The notes under the pieces were generated by a model. That model saw only the letters and a program-made list of their open reading frames with translations. It was not told the DNA's origin and did not search any database. A stretch of DNA of 58,918 nt, the filler included, from Sphacelaria rigidula (Eukaryota): NCBI GenBank assembly GCA_964200075.2. It is 4 parts of 4 records of this genome, joined end to end, with 100 filler letters (N's around TTAATTAATTAA, not from the genome) between each part and the next. Parts side by side here need not be neighbours in the genome. Positions count along the whole stretch, not along the records: positions 1 to 14,656 come from CAXNAA020002120.1; positions 14,757 to 29,411 come from CAXNAA020002121.1; 2 more parts are not named here. One strand, written 5' to 3'. Below are positions 12,753 through 26,329 of this stretch, piece by piece (the stretch's first letter is position 1; each line of letters begins with the position of its first letter). Made by a program: the position numbers and the translations under genes.

Positions 12753-12838
12753 GCTATTGTCGTTTCAGGTCATTTAAAATGCATGGGTTATCGTAGCTTA
12801 AAGCAGCCCTTCCATCCGACGATGGGGAAGAAACTCAT

Positions 12839-14476
12839 AAGGTGTAGGTTCTGTACGGTACGATATTTTGTGTAAAAGTGTGCCGAGGGTATTTACCCGG
12901 GTATTAACCATACTTGATGGTTCTATAAGTTCTACAAGCCTCCATTACCCGTACCTGGGGCATGGGTATACTCTTGCAAAAATTCCTGGGTGAGAGTACA
13001 GTTGATTTTGCGTACAGCATCCATACTCGTACTCGACAGTTGTGCACGATCCGTGAGCCTTAGAGGTCGGAAATGGTTGTCTAACCATTAACCAGTTGAA
13101 TGGTTACTGGTAGCGCACTCATTAACCAGTTCAATGGTACATAATGGTTTGGTCATCGAGCAGCGCAGTTGTGAGCCAAAAAGCCCCCTCCGGCAGAGGG
13201 GGTTCCGCCGGAGGCGCCCCCGGAGGGCGCCGCTGTAGGCGCCGTGCCGGAAGCACGTTGTTACGCGATTTGGCCTTACGAGAGCTACGAAAAAATACGT
13301 AAAATTCGGGGCCAATTTTCAATTTTCAAGGGCTGTATGTAGCATACGTAGCCCGTAACGGTAAATAACGGTTCGAAATTATCATACAAAACTTTCAAGT
13401 AACCATCACCATTATTACCATTATAATGATAATGGCCAGTTATAACTGGTACCAGTTCCGAGCTCTAGTAAGCCTCCAATACCCGTACTCGGGGTAAGGT
13501 TGTAACCTTGTAGGAATAATCGATGCAGGTGCAAGCGGGTCGTGTCAGTGGAACCCAACGAGATGTGATATTGCTGAATATGTGCATCGAATAAGGCTTG
13601 AACCGAATTTTTTGTACTATGATAGCGTATAAAGCGTGGGTATTAGCATTATCGGTACGAGCTACAACGAATATTTATGATAAAAGCATTTTTTTGCGGT
13701 TTTCATGATTAATAGCTGGCAATTACGATCATTTCCTATTGTGGAATTTGAAGCACACTTCCTGTTTCTCCTTTTACCATGCGCACACAATGAACTGACA
13801 AGTCCGAGTTTTAATTCTAGTGGAGTCCAGGGTACTACGGTGACCGTTTCTCCGATCGTTTAAGTTTATATTGATATTCCCTTTTTGGCAGATTATCATG
13901 TAGGGTTCGACACACATCATCCAAATGCTCCCTATTGCATGCATACTAGTACTAACGCTATATGGTAACCTTAGAGTGGTGCCCCATCAAAATGCCTTGT
14001 ACCACGTGCGGTATACGGCATGCATTCGCTTGTTTTTTGCCCTCTGAAGCCGGGAAATACACGGGTTTACCCCGGGTATTTACCGGTATTCCCGGTACCC
14101 AACAGTTCTGTGAGTTCTGTAGCCCTCCCATTCCCGTACCTGGGGCACGGGTATATCGTTGTAAAAATCTACGGGTGAGGGTTTCTGCACAGCAACCACG
14201 CCCGCACCCGGCAGTTCTGCAGTTCTGTACGCCTCCTCTTCCGGTACCCGAAAGTTCTGTAAGACCTGTACAAAGGTTTACCGTTACCCAGGGATGGGGT
14301 TTATCTTTTCAGAAACATCCGGGTGCGGGTACGCTTTTCTGGACAACACCAATACCCCACCCGAGAGGCTCTGCAAGGTCTGCCTGACTTTCATTCCGGT
14401 GTCCGACAGTTCTGTAAGTTCTGTACGGAATCTCATACTCTACCAAGCATACCCGTACCGTACAGAACATGACCTC
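12839..14476. mobile_element. Non-autonomous DNA-transposon sequences rich in ACCCGTACC/GTTCTGTA motifs (one composite element or two copies)
   Basis: Inverted termini GTTCTGTACGGTACG (~12849) and CGTACCGTACAGAAC (~14455-14469), with recurring internal motifs. Confidence 0.55.
13061..13467. mobile_element. hAT-type MITE nested in another repeat
   Basis: TIRs TAGAGGTCGGAA / TTCCGAGCTCTA; 8-bp TSD GTGAGCCT / GTAAGCCT with one mismatch. Confidence 0.8.
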
Positions 14477-14656
14477 GGAGACGTAAAAGCACGTTGTCTT
14501 TCTCAGGTGCAAACCTGCAATCTAACACCTTGTTTCCGAGAAAGCACCCAGGTCATAATATTGGAAGGATCGGGCAAATAATGATTCGTCTGAAAATTAC
14601 TTGGTTGTAGTATAATTGATTCGACTCGTACGAATCAATCCCTAGGCTTTGTTTTC

Positions 14657-14756
14657 NNNNNNNNNNNNNNNNNNNNNNNNNNNNNNNNNNNNNNNNNNNN
14701 TTAATTAATTAANNNNNNNNNNNNNNNNNNNNNNNNNNNNNNNNNNNNNNNNNNNN
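14657..14756. other. Assembly gap with artificial six-frame-stop spacer
   Basis: 44 N + TTAATTAATTAA + 44 N. Confidence 0.98.
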
Positions 14757-15194
14757 CAACTCTAAATGTATAAAAGAGCATGGGCCTGCAAACTTCAAAT
14801 CCGCCTCTAGGCTGGCCCAGCTCGTACCATTGTCGGGAGTCTGGTCCCGGGTAAGTAGTTGTGGCGTTAGGGTTAGTAACATGTGGTCGTTGTGGCGTTC
14901 CTGAACGGCAAACGGGCGGGAAAAGACCGAATGTGTGGGCGCCATGGTTGGAGTTGGCGCGTGGATTTCCTTGCGCGTAGTGTCCCCGCATCAGGTACAG
15001 TGTGAGAAGCAATGGCCCAGGGTAGGTACTACCTGTGCCGACTGGTGGCCCAGATAAGATGCGACTGAAAACGAATTCCTAGACTAGGTATACCTGGTAG
15101 GAATTTGGCCTGGACAGTGTTGCGCCGACAGAAAAAAAACAATCAAAAGCCCCCACGCCCGCATACAAGAATCATTGAACATGATTTAAGCTAG

Positions 15195-17616
15195 CACCAG
15201 CCGGAAAGTGCTCGAGGCTCACCCGGATGGCCAGCCCTACACGAAGGAGCACATGTACAACACGCGGCACCGGTGGAAAGCTGCGTTAAAGGCGGAGTGT
15301 TGGTGCCAGTTTCTGGGTGAGAAGGTGGTTAGTTACCGCGTTTGTCGGTCTGAACAGTGTTGCTCTGCATAAATTTCTCGTGGCCGGAATGTCACGTGGT
15401 GGCACGCAGACGGGTGACGGCTACGCCACGAGTTGATAGGCCGCACGGTGTGCATGGGGTAGCTTATGTCGCATAGAGTCTATCTGAAATAAAACGTTCT
15501 CGATTTGTGTGTGAGAGTCGACGCAAAAGGCGATTGACTGCAAGCATGTCTGGTGGTAGAGAGGGGGTTGCAAACTGTACATATATTCCAGTATAAAAGT
15601 TGATAATCCACCGCACCGCTCTGTCACGATGTGCTGTACTCGAGTGTCATCGTACCGCAAACGACTGCACACGTTTGTGCACGGTCCAGTACGCGATGTG
15701 ATGGGATAGCAACACACAGCTCGTGTTTGCGTGCTGGGTTGTGCCGTTGTGTACTGTACTCGAGTGTCATGTAGTGTACCGTCATGTCCTGGAAACTGCC
15801 GTGCACGATCCGGTGCGATGCACTGTTGGGTGACAGTACACACCACACCGTCTTGTGGAGCCGTGCACCGTTGTCTGCTGCACTCGAGTGTATAGTACGG
15901 TACTGTCCTGTACTGATTAGGGTGGGCCGCGATCACGTAGGGCGTCGTGTGCGATGACAACAAAGAACACGCTGTCGCGTGCTGCCCGACAGTGTTGTGT
16001 ACAGTACTCGACTGTAATCCACTCGACTGCTATGTACTGAAAACGGTCGCAAACCGTCCACTACGGTGTACCATACTGCCCTCTGTTGTTCTGTAAGGCG
16101 CTGGACTGTTTTCTACTTTGCTGCACTGTACTGTCAGATGGCGTCCATGGTCCACTATCATGTACTATTTGATATCGCCATGTGCACTTGTGTCCTGTAC
16201 TGCACTCCATTTTGCTGCCTCATCACATAACTGTCCTATCCTGCACCATATGGCTGAGTTCCGTCACAGGGTACTGTTTGTTGTGTGTTGTTGACTGCTG
16301 CGGGAAACACTTCGGTAGACGCTCCCGACTGTTGGGAGCTTCATGGCACCGTCCTCACCCGCCGGCGTTCGCAACTTACCTGCAGGTCTGTGACCATGAA
16401 CACGCCTTGCGAGGAACCTCACCGGAGAGGGCAGCGATCACCCGAAGATGCTTCCAAGCGAAACGCGCGGATGCCGTAATCAAATACTGGATGGGGGGAA
16501 TAGTGAGGTCCGTGCCCGCCGTCGAGTTCTCGGGCCGCGGATGGAATACAGCCCACGAAGACAGAGGGAATCGTTTCATGAATGACAATATTGGTGTCAA
16601 CTTGTCCGAGCACGCGTACATCGACCCCGTGGGGAAGACCAAACGGCTTGTGCAGATGTTCTCCCGTGGCGGCCGAGAATCACAAATGCAAGCGCTGTTG
16701 TACGTGCGCTAGGTTAGGCAGACATTGTTACCCCATATTGTGTGGGTGCGAGGGCCGGTGCGCTGCGCCCGCCCCTGAGCAACGCGGATCCCCCCCTGAA
16801 AGGTTACCCGGTCGAGGGCTACCCAGGTCAGGTTTATCCAGTCAAGGGTTACCGAGTGAAGGGTTATCCAGTCATGGGTTACCCTCTCATGGGTTACCCA
16901 CTCAAGGCTCCCAGACTGAAGGCTTACTCACGGAAGAGTTATCCGCGGAAGGGTTTGGAATAGAGGCGTGGCGTGACAGCGAGTCGGGGGATAGCAGGAG
17001 CGCACCGGACTCGTGAACATGCAGGATCCGAGTCTGGTTCCAGCTACTCATCGGAAACGTCTTGTGATTCCTGGGGGGGCGGGGGCGGGGGCGAGGACGT
17101 GTTGGAGCGATATTCAGCACGGGTTACACTCGCGTGATGGATTGGAAGTGATGCTGTAGTGAGATGCTACCTAAACGCGAGGTAAGACTAAGGTGCCGTC
17201 ACGGAGGTAGTGTGCTGTGCAGAGGTATCATCAACTGTTCTTGTGTCTTCATGTCGGTCTTGCAGCCGTTACCACGCTGTGTCCAATTATTGCTCAGACT
17301 TTGCCCCGCTTTCAAGAGATGGGGTTATCACACAGGCTCAGCCTCATCATGATGGAACTGGTGTGGTTGATGCCTATTGGCATGACATATTCAAAGGTGA
17401 ACAACACTTCACGGGTGACATCGAGTACTTCAGTCGCAGTGGAAGACCTTCCCTAGGGTTTTCGTAAGCTACCGCTCGTACCAGATTTTGGGATATGGGG
17501 GGATACTGGCCATACGATGTAGATGCCGAAGAAATAACCATCTCTGCAGAGAATATTGAGAGTCTCACCCATCATCCTTTTGCATATTTGGTCGATGGCG
17601 GCGATCCCGAACGTTA
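15195..17616 (+). pseudogene. Decayed spliced gene of unknown identity, possibly with a SWIM-like CxC...CxH motif
   Basis: Exon-like blocks at ~15195-15324 (GAGAAG|gtgg), 16386-16712 (ctgcag|GTC) and 17265-17616 (ttgcag|). The last has an in-frame TAA at 17465 followed by continued protein-like reading (ATARTRFWDMGGYWPYDVDAEEI...). Confidence 0.4.
16801..16950 (+). repeat. 15-bp minisatellite, ~10 degenerate units (GGGTTAYCCAGTCAA-like)
   Basis: Units read directly from the sequence; they translate as GYPVx or xGLPS pentapeptides. Confidence 0.9.
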
Positions 17617-20600
17617 ACGTTAACAGCTGTGCAGGAACGTTAATCTAGTTCGAGAATATCCACGCATCGGTAGCGCTCAAGCCGTCAAACCCTTCTTTCT
17701 TCTTCCGGAACAGTGAATGTCGGCAGCCAAGACGTCGGGAGAGTGTACGCATCCACTCCGCAACCCTAACCTGAGACTTTTAGGGAGCCCTCAATACTGA
17801 ACGTACGGGCTGCACTGACAGGGGCTGTTATTCACCGACCGCCACACATGTGGATGAAGCGTTCAATGCAATGAGGCCCCTCCTCGTAGCAAGTAAATAT
17901 AGAGTTCCGTAAACACGCATTTTTTATCGTGCTTCGTCAATTCACGCCCCAAACGAGAGCTCGGGGGAGTTTGACACGTTGGAATGACTTGCTCTACTCG
18001 TTGAGGCGTTTTCAGGATGTCTTCGCGTTCAGCTGTAACCGCATTTTCTTGTTATTTGAGCCCAACAGGTGTTTTTGTCCAAGGATGGTCAGCAACAGTC
18101 AAATGTGGAAAAAATTGCCATTTTTTTTCTGGACTTGTCCGTCTCTGGACAGAAGAGCTTGTTTGCCCAAAATAAAAACTGCCGCCACCGGAGAATGCTA
18201 CTGTGTCGTGCAACCCCCTCGAGGAGTGGAGTAAATCATGCGAACGTGTCAATCTCGGCCTACTCTTTTTTAGGGAGTCAAATGATGAAGAAGGACCAGA
18301 AAAACATTCTTCCAGGCCTTCATTTTTGCTTGCTGTAAGGAGAAGCGTGAGCTGTGCCACGGAAAAGAAAGGAAGGTCGTGAAAAATACGCGGATTGACT
18401 CACAAGTGCAGACATCCTCCGTAGCACCTTACTGAAGATATGTCATTGTGACTGTGCGCTTTCCCTCATATATGCATACTGTGCTGACGACGATGGATCC
18501 GACGTGGTCGCGGGGTGGGGGATTCTGTGAACGGGATAACTACGCCATATCACAACCGAGATATAGAGGGCAGGTAGTTGAGAGGCAGTGCGAGTGAAGG
18601 GCGGATCACGCCGCGCGGCAGAGAACACAAACAGTAGCGTTGTTTCAAGGATTCGTTGCAGGGGAGTTCTCGCGTCATCTCGTTGTTGCAGCAATGGAGA
18701 CACCGCCAATGTCTGTACCATCTTCATGTGTAATACCTGTGAGGCAGGGTTTGAACACGAGTCCCGCTCGTTCCATCGTTTGTCTGCGCTGTCCCATGCT
18801 TGCCGTGGTGCCTTTCCCGTCAGGTGACCGCAGGAATGGGCACCGAGGGGAGTCGCAGATGGCGTCCATGAGCTCGGAATGGCGACAGGCTGCGTGCAGC
18901 GGTTATTCCCATCATGCTTCGTGAATTGGTCACCCGTGTTTGAAGTGATGGTTAGGGTACTAGATGTACATTTTTGCAGTTTTTGAGACGGAGTCGGTGA
19001 CAAAGGGTTCACTGGGCGTCTTTTCTTGTGCGATGGTGCGGTTGCAGGCGCACGTCATAGCCCGCTATCGATCGCCGCCGGAGCTGGATCTCTCCTGTCG
19101 CCGCCATTCAGGATGTAGCTCGCAGTAGTTCTTGTCATGGCTACGGTTTGAGGGCTATGTGGAGATATGTTGGAGGGACAGGTCCTTACCGTCGACGGTG
19201 AAGGCAGCACACAGGGGAGAGTTAGTCAGGAAGAGCCCTGTAGGGTGTATCATCTTCATTTATGGTGCTTACAGAGGTATCAACATTTGTATTTCGCCGA
19301 TAAATACCCTTTCAAACCACCCATGGCGTGATGGGAGCGCTTCTCCATGCTCGGGCAGAGGACCGGACTCGAATGTTCGACGCACATGAGGGTGTACGGT
19401 GTAGTATGCCAACATAAATCCCCTCCTTCCGCGTATATGCTACGGAACACCACCTTCGCAACTTACTGTGGGCCTTCACATGGTAGGGGGGCGATGCTCT
19501 TCTCACATTCGTCCCACACACATAACTTGCAGCATTCGTGAGTCTTCTTCGAGGAAAATTTGTATTTTTCGGGGGATCGCAGCACCTCGCGGTGGGCGTC
19601 GGCTACACCCGGGCCAGCAATCGTGACTTGTAACACTTCCCGACATAAAATTTCCTTCTCTGATCGTTCGAGGCGCTTTTATCTGACAATCGAAGGCCTA
19701 GACACAATGGGAGAGTCGCAAGCACCGGCGAGCTTGCGAAACAAGACAAAAATGTGAAGTCGTGAACCTCGACACACATCCATACTGTTGCTCCAATTTC
19801 CACCTGCACAATACCTCTGGTTGCACAGAACAATTCTGCGGATACCACTACAACCGTAACGCGTCAAAGGGCCATGTACAGAACCCTCACCGTCACGCTG
19901 TTACGAAATATTCTGCAAATTTTCCGACCTGTCCCGTGTTGCCCAGGAGAGCACATATGCCGCAAGTACGTTCACGTACGTGGGATATGCGGTGCAACCC
20001 CACCTGATGTATCTTGCCACGGTTGACTAGTGTCTTTTCCAGCATTTTGTCCGCATATTAGCATGTGGACTTCTCCATATCGACTGAGAGTCTGTGAACG
20101 AAACTTGGAGCACTAGTTGGGTACATCACAGGCAGCATGTTCCCCGGGCGCTGACGCTTGCGGTGCGTGGGAGGGGGCGAATGACGCGAATCGAATGTCG
20201 GCAAATCCGGTGAAACTCACTCTAACCGACTGCCCCGCTGCCCAGAAATGCGTGCACCGTCAGCAAACGCATATGTGAAGTAAGTCATCTACTTAGTTTG
20301 ACGTCATCTACACGTGGGACGCTGCTGCGCTGAGAAATCAACGTTGATCTGTATTGGGACACCCGCTGATAATGACAATCTGTGCGAAACGCGTGGGCGT
20401 ATTGCCTGTAGAGGGGCTCAATTCAAAATAGACGGCAGCACGCGCGCTGTAGGCGCTGCGAGAGGCTGAAACTTCGCCCACATCTCACCAAAATCACAAA
20501 CAACCCCATATCGCTGAATCTGTTGTGAGACCTTACAGCAGCGTGTGCCGGTGAGACTAAAGGTCAGATTTTGTTACGAAAAAAATGTTTGTTTTTCTGT

Positions 20601-21779
20601 CGGCGCAAGACTGCTAAAGAGGGGAAGTGGGTTTTGGAGGCGAGACGTCTTTTTGCGCATGACCATATTTCGCGATCAACATGTTTTTTCCTGTGTATTT
20701 TCGAGGCCCGGGTGCCGAGGAGCCCCGCGATTGCGGTGCGTGAAAAAATCGGAGCGAAATCGGCCTACATTGTGTATTTTGCTTTTTTCGCGTTTCTGGT
20801 CATTTCCATACCTTTCTTGGGCGAAATACCATAACATGCACCTTTTCTAGGCCATTGCTCTTCTTTACACATGAGAAGTGGCCGTAGGACGTGATTTTAC
20901 AAATTACGGATGGAGTTTTTTTAGGATGAGCGAGGCCACAAATCATGACCGGTGAGTGAGTTTGCGTTTTTCCAACAATATTGCGATTCATACGAGGGTT
21001 CCCATGCAACGCTAATCCTCGAAAACAAATTCATCCGCAACTTGTGAAACCCCGTGTTTTATACTCCTGACTACGCTGGAAATGCTCCGAGTAGTTTTGC
21101 GGATGCTTCTTTCTTCGAACCTGCTCTTGGTTATGCTCGTTTTTCTTTGGTGGCGCAAATTTTCTCTTATTTCCAGAGGCAGAACGGGTAAGGCCCTTGT
21201 GATCGTTGGGTTTCTAAAAACCCGGACACATTTCTATCTCCTGGACTGGGAGGTCTTCATTACAGATTGATGGGAAATTAATCCAGACAGCCCAATTTTC
21301 TGGCCACCGCCGGCGCCCGCGGGGCCCCCTTACCAGCCGGGGGAGGCCATTTGGGCTCGCACAGCGAGAAAACGCTCGCACTTCGGCTTCGCCGTTATTT
21401 ATCGAAATTTAGGAACAACGCCCATACACGGGGATATATTTTTGTAGCGAAATGTGAAATTCAACCAATCAGAGGCGCTTCAGTGAGGAATTGGCGGAAT
21501 CTAGCGCCAACGAAATGCGACCTTCCTGATGAATTATATAGTGAAAAATGCTTGTGATTGGCTCGCAGACTGGAGTCATACCTGTAGTGTACGTCGGGAC
21601 GGATAGAACAGCAGCAGAGAAACGAAGCTGCAATCAGACAAGCAGACAGTGAGTGGTACATTGCCCCCGCAGTGGGTCATTGCGATGCTCGTGTATCGGT
21701 ATATCCCCATCTTACTGTGGCCGGTTGCGTCTTTCCGTGACCGCGAGCGCTGGCGCCGATACCAGCGGCAGAAGCCGTC

Positions 21780-23711
21780 ATGCTGACGGGTGCAAGCAGT
21801 ACCCTGGCGGTGCAGTATATCCGCACTGTGCTGTGCGTTGCTCGTTACATCGGAGCACGACGTGTGGCCCAGCCGGTCGAGCGGTGTACACCGGCGCTGT
21901 TCAGGTGGCCTTACCCAGCCATGTTCACTATCGCGCAAGCGATGGTCCAGGTAACATGAAGCTTTCAACAGACAGTCAAGTGTGTAGAGCGCACTGTGTC
22001 TCGAGTGATACTTCATTATAGAGAGAGACGTACACAACCAATACACAGCACCTCAAGCAATCTCAGCGGAGACCAAACCGTCTTCGCAAGGTTCAAACAC
22101 ATATGAGAGCGGACGTGAATGTGTTTGTGTTGAAGTACAGTGAAACAGGACATGTCCCATGTTTGAGTTCTTCGACTGACTTTAAACGGGACCCTCAGTG
22201 TTTGCCAGGTGCCGATCTTGAACGCTCGACCATGATCGCGCTTCGCGCAAATAATGTATTTCGCTACAAAATTGTCCCCCGCCATGGGTCCTGTGTGTGG
22301 GTGTGCCTAAAACTGTACTTTATATCGCCGATAACTGCGCGCAGATATCGGAACGGTTTTTAATGTGAAGACAACAACAGCAACAATAACAACATGACAG
22401 AGTTTTCAACATAAAAAGCAATCGAGTGCGCCGCCAGGCATGCATGCAAACGATCATGTAGTTCGCAGTTGAGCCATAATCAATTGAGATAATTCTTTTA
22501 CAACCAGATCTTGACCAGATTTCACACTTCATATACTACACCCTAGGTATGGTGGGGGGCTGGAACGCAAAGCGTGACCGCCACCTTTCAGCGTACCATG
22601 GGGCCCGCAAGGCACCCCTAACGAGCAACGCCATGCATACCACCCAACGTGGGGCATGATCACCGTAATCACCTCTTCAGCTCGAAACTTGTGGCGACGA
22701 TCCCGCCTTGAATTCAGCTTCCCATAGATGTCACGTGTCATCCTTCGGTTGTTTATCTGGGGCGTGTCGCTCGTGTGTGCTGTACCTACCTTGCGGATCT
22801 TGAGTGTGCGGATGATCCCCCTGATCCTTTGTACAATGACTCTTGTACGCGAAAAATGGAAAACATTTTGTTTTTTAGCGATGTACTGTACTGTCTGTTG
22901 TGTGTTGCACTAAGGCGGGCACAGGGTGTGCATGTACATACGAACATTGCAGTGCAGTGCAACCCCCGTTGAACGAGGAGAAAGGTCTGAGTGTCTTCCC
23001 GAAGCGCTGGGGTGGGATCGAAGGTAGCTGCGGTCTGCTGCCTTGTACCCAACCTTGCACTAGGCAAGGGCAATGCTGCATGGTGCAGACAAGCATAAAA
23101 AAACAGTAGATAACGCGATATCTTGTCATCAGGGACAGGAGTATCATGATGGCACGGAGCGCTGCACCATCTCCCGAAGACCTGGCAACACTCCAAGATC
23201 GCTTCGATGAACTACAAGCAAGCGTAGATGTGTTTTCGTCGACGCTCGAGCGGTTGGCCAGTGCTCGCAGAGGACCCAATCGCAACAGCGTACAATCGCG
23301 TGAGCTTCCGCCATCGGCGGGAAGGGTACATGGGGTTGGTTCGACAGGTGTCATGTGTGCTGGACACATAAGATGTGATGGCCTTAGCAGTGTGACTAGA
23401 GGAGATAGCATGGCTGGAGTGCCCGTGACGATCCTGGTGTTAGCCGGAGCTTTCATTGTCGCTGTGATTGTGCAATCTCTGCGTCAGCGTAAGGTGCGAT
23501 TGTAGCTTCAATCTGAGTGGGTTCAATCATGACCATACCCGCAGTCTTGGTCAGTACCACCTCTCTTGGAGTTGGTGCAGCGGATTTCTATTTTTCAAGA
23601 GTCCCTCTCACGAAAGCTATAACTTTGGTCATCATTATTATGCATTATTATTTCCGCACATTCGTCCGATCTCGCGAACCCGTAGTCACAGACGTACGCC
23701 CGCCTTTCTAA
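21780..23711 (+). CDS. Putative multi-exon gene or pseudogene encoding a coiled-coil plus transmembrane protein
   Basis: ORF 23146..23505 has a heptad-like segment (LATLQDRFDELQASVDVFSSTLERL) and a TM-like segment followed by basic residues (VPVTILVLAGAFIVAVIVQSLRQRK). A second hydrophobic ORF follows, and there are exon-like blocks upstream. No family recognised. Confidence 0.3.
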
Positions 23712-26329
23712 TACCGTCCTTGCTATTCCTTAGAAGACATATTACCAAAAACGAAAATAAGAAGAGATGCCACGAAAACCAGCGAGAAGTACGAGTAGCT
23801 CCCTCGAGTTCATGATCACTCACTACCCATCACACTGTATTGCTCATGGGAAATGAACTGTTCGCGCTGCTGATGCTCACAGGTGCGAGATACAAAAGTT
23901 GATCGGTTAATTTGAAGGTTGCCGTTACCGGCCATTTTTTACACCAATGTCAGTATAGGGCAGTTCCACGCTATTCCAGGCCACGTGCCTGAGATATTCG
24001 AGTTCAATATATCGGGGAAGGCAGGGACGTTTTGACCTATTCCGTGCGTATGACAATACGTTTGGATGACGTGAAAGTTGTCGAGGATACTTGAAGTATG
24101 GACAACAACAACATATCAGGGGTCTACACGCTACACGTTCACGTTGCGTTTATCACGTTAACGTTACGTTACGTATGTCACCTTGAATAAATTCTAACGT
24201 TAGGTTCATCACGTAAAAAAAAATCCAAGATATGTTGATTCCCAACAATGTACTTGAATCCGACACATGTTTGTTAGTATGTTCATCATATTTTGTGTTG
24301 GCCATAACGCTCGAGCGGCGACGAGTTAGAAGCCGCCAACGGATACCGTCACCAGACCGTATTCGGTGTCCGGTGATGGATAGTTCGACGTGTTGAAAGT
24401 GTCTGGATGGCCTATCAGAGCGTGCGGCGCACTCCATGTTGCCTGTGCGGTCGCAGGGAACCTACCTTACCTACGCTGGTGTTCGTTTTTTTTGCGCTGG
24501 CGACAATGTTTTTGTCCCAAGTAGTGGGACCAGCCTGAAGATCAAGCCAAATCAACATACCACCAGTCGCAAAATGGGTTATGCCGAAAAAAAAGATGCA
24601 GGCCAGTGACGTATACCAACAATCACATCATGGGTTCTGCACCTTCATGACTGCACCATATCAGTCGAGAGTAATGCTACTTTTCAGCAGAGGCAGTCAA
24701 GAAGGATTTTAAGCCATTTGTTTTCGACACGCTATCGAACTTCAATCGAGGTGCTTAGTTGACGAGGCTAGGTACACTCGCCAAATCTTTGACAATAGAG
24801 CGCTGTATGTCGAGTTTATATACGTTGCCTTAGCAAGCTAGAAAAGAGTGTAGCACGACAGCAGTCGTCTTTCGCAGCATCACGGAGCTTGTCCGAGCAA
24901 GGGGAATGGTGAACACCAAAGCAACGACGAACTCCGCCCTCCCTCATTCGACGTCACCCCGTTTTGCTCCAAAGTGTTGATTATACTCTCACCCCCACAT
25001 CTGTAGTGCATTTCAGTTTTCCTCATAATCCGCTACGCTCGCTGAGTGCTGTAGCTTTCCCTGAAGAAATGAGGTTCTAGTGTGCGGTGTCCAGCCCCAA
25101 AACCCGCGGCGTTGTCATCATCTGTGGAAACACCGAGGCGTTAAACCCTGTATGACGGAGAGGGAATGCCCTGTGCAACACTGCGCACAGAACTCACGCT
25201 GTACTGTTTGCCTTACGCCTGCTCACATTACACACAAGTCGGGGATGGGGACGTATGTCGTCAACATTTTGGGTCAGTGAAAATGAGTATAAGCGGCGGC
25301 ATTAGGAAAATCGGATCCGATGCATCGACGTCATTCATGTTATTCCCTTAAGTTTACCCTTTTCTGCACTTTCTACCGAAATGGCTCAGAACACAATATC
25401 AGCTTCATCACGCAGAAGTGCGTCATCGCAACCTGCCGTACCAATCAGATACAAGTCGAACCGTTGTGATGTGCTACCGTTGGAAGCGTGTCTCATCCGT
25501 TCGTGGTCGGCAAACAATTCCGGACAAAACGACCCCTCCACCTATCAATCAATAATAGCAAGGAGAGACCCAGCCCTCGGGGGGGAAGTGTAAAAGCGGT
25601 TCCCAGGGGGAAAGCCCTGACAATGGCGCCAAACGGCACAACTCGCGAATGCGTCCACAAGACACCCGCCTTTACCACGCTGAGTGGGCGGGTGGGAGAA
25701 AGACCTACGACAAATCCTCACCATCACGTCGTTTCGATCACCTTGACCCCCATTGTTCTCAATCCACCAGTTTCAAGCACCCTAGCGACACCCTCTTGCT
25801 CGGCGGCCTTGTTTACTCTCTTGGTCTCCAGTGATCACTCTTCGTGCTGCCACCTCGACTGAGTTTGACCGACAGTTCTTTCAGCCCTGAAACCACGTAC
25901 CACTATTCTCTTTGTACCAAACGCTGTAGTGGAATCTCTGACACTATTTCGCTTGCACAAAGGTCAGATTCCATCCCTGCCTCAATGTTTCGTTTCTTTC
26001 AATACTGTCGAATTTGTACATGTATCAATATGCACCCTCCTCCTCCCCTCTCTCTGAGGAAGGAAAGGGGTGGGGAGAACCGTGGAGATCACTCACTCGA
26101 ATGATGCAATACTGCACGCGCATCCGACCGTCGGCCCCCACCAGGAGATAATCTACACGAAATTACCCAGCTCTCAACTATCCCCAACCGACGGTACCGA
26201 TGCGTATGCTCCTCCCCCCCGCCCCCCCTCCGGTACACTGCAGAACCCACATGCACACATACATCGACCACGACAAAAAGCCTACCTGACATACTATGTC
26301 GAATCATACATCTTCGGGATTATTCTGCC

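Noticed and set aside
14701..14712. TTAATTAATTAA palindrome within N runs (also 29456-29467 and 44211-44222)
   Set aside because: It is identical in all three gaps; an artificial scaffolding spacer with stops in all frames.
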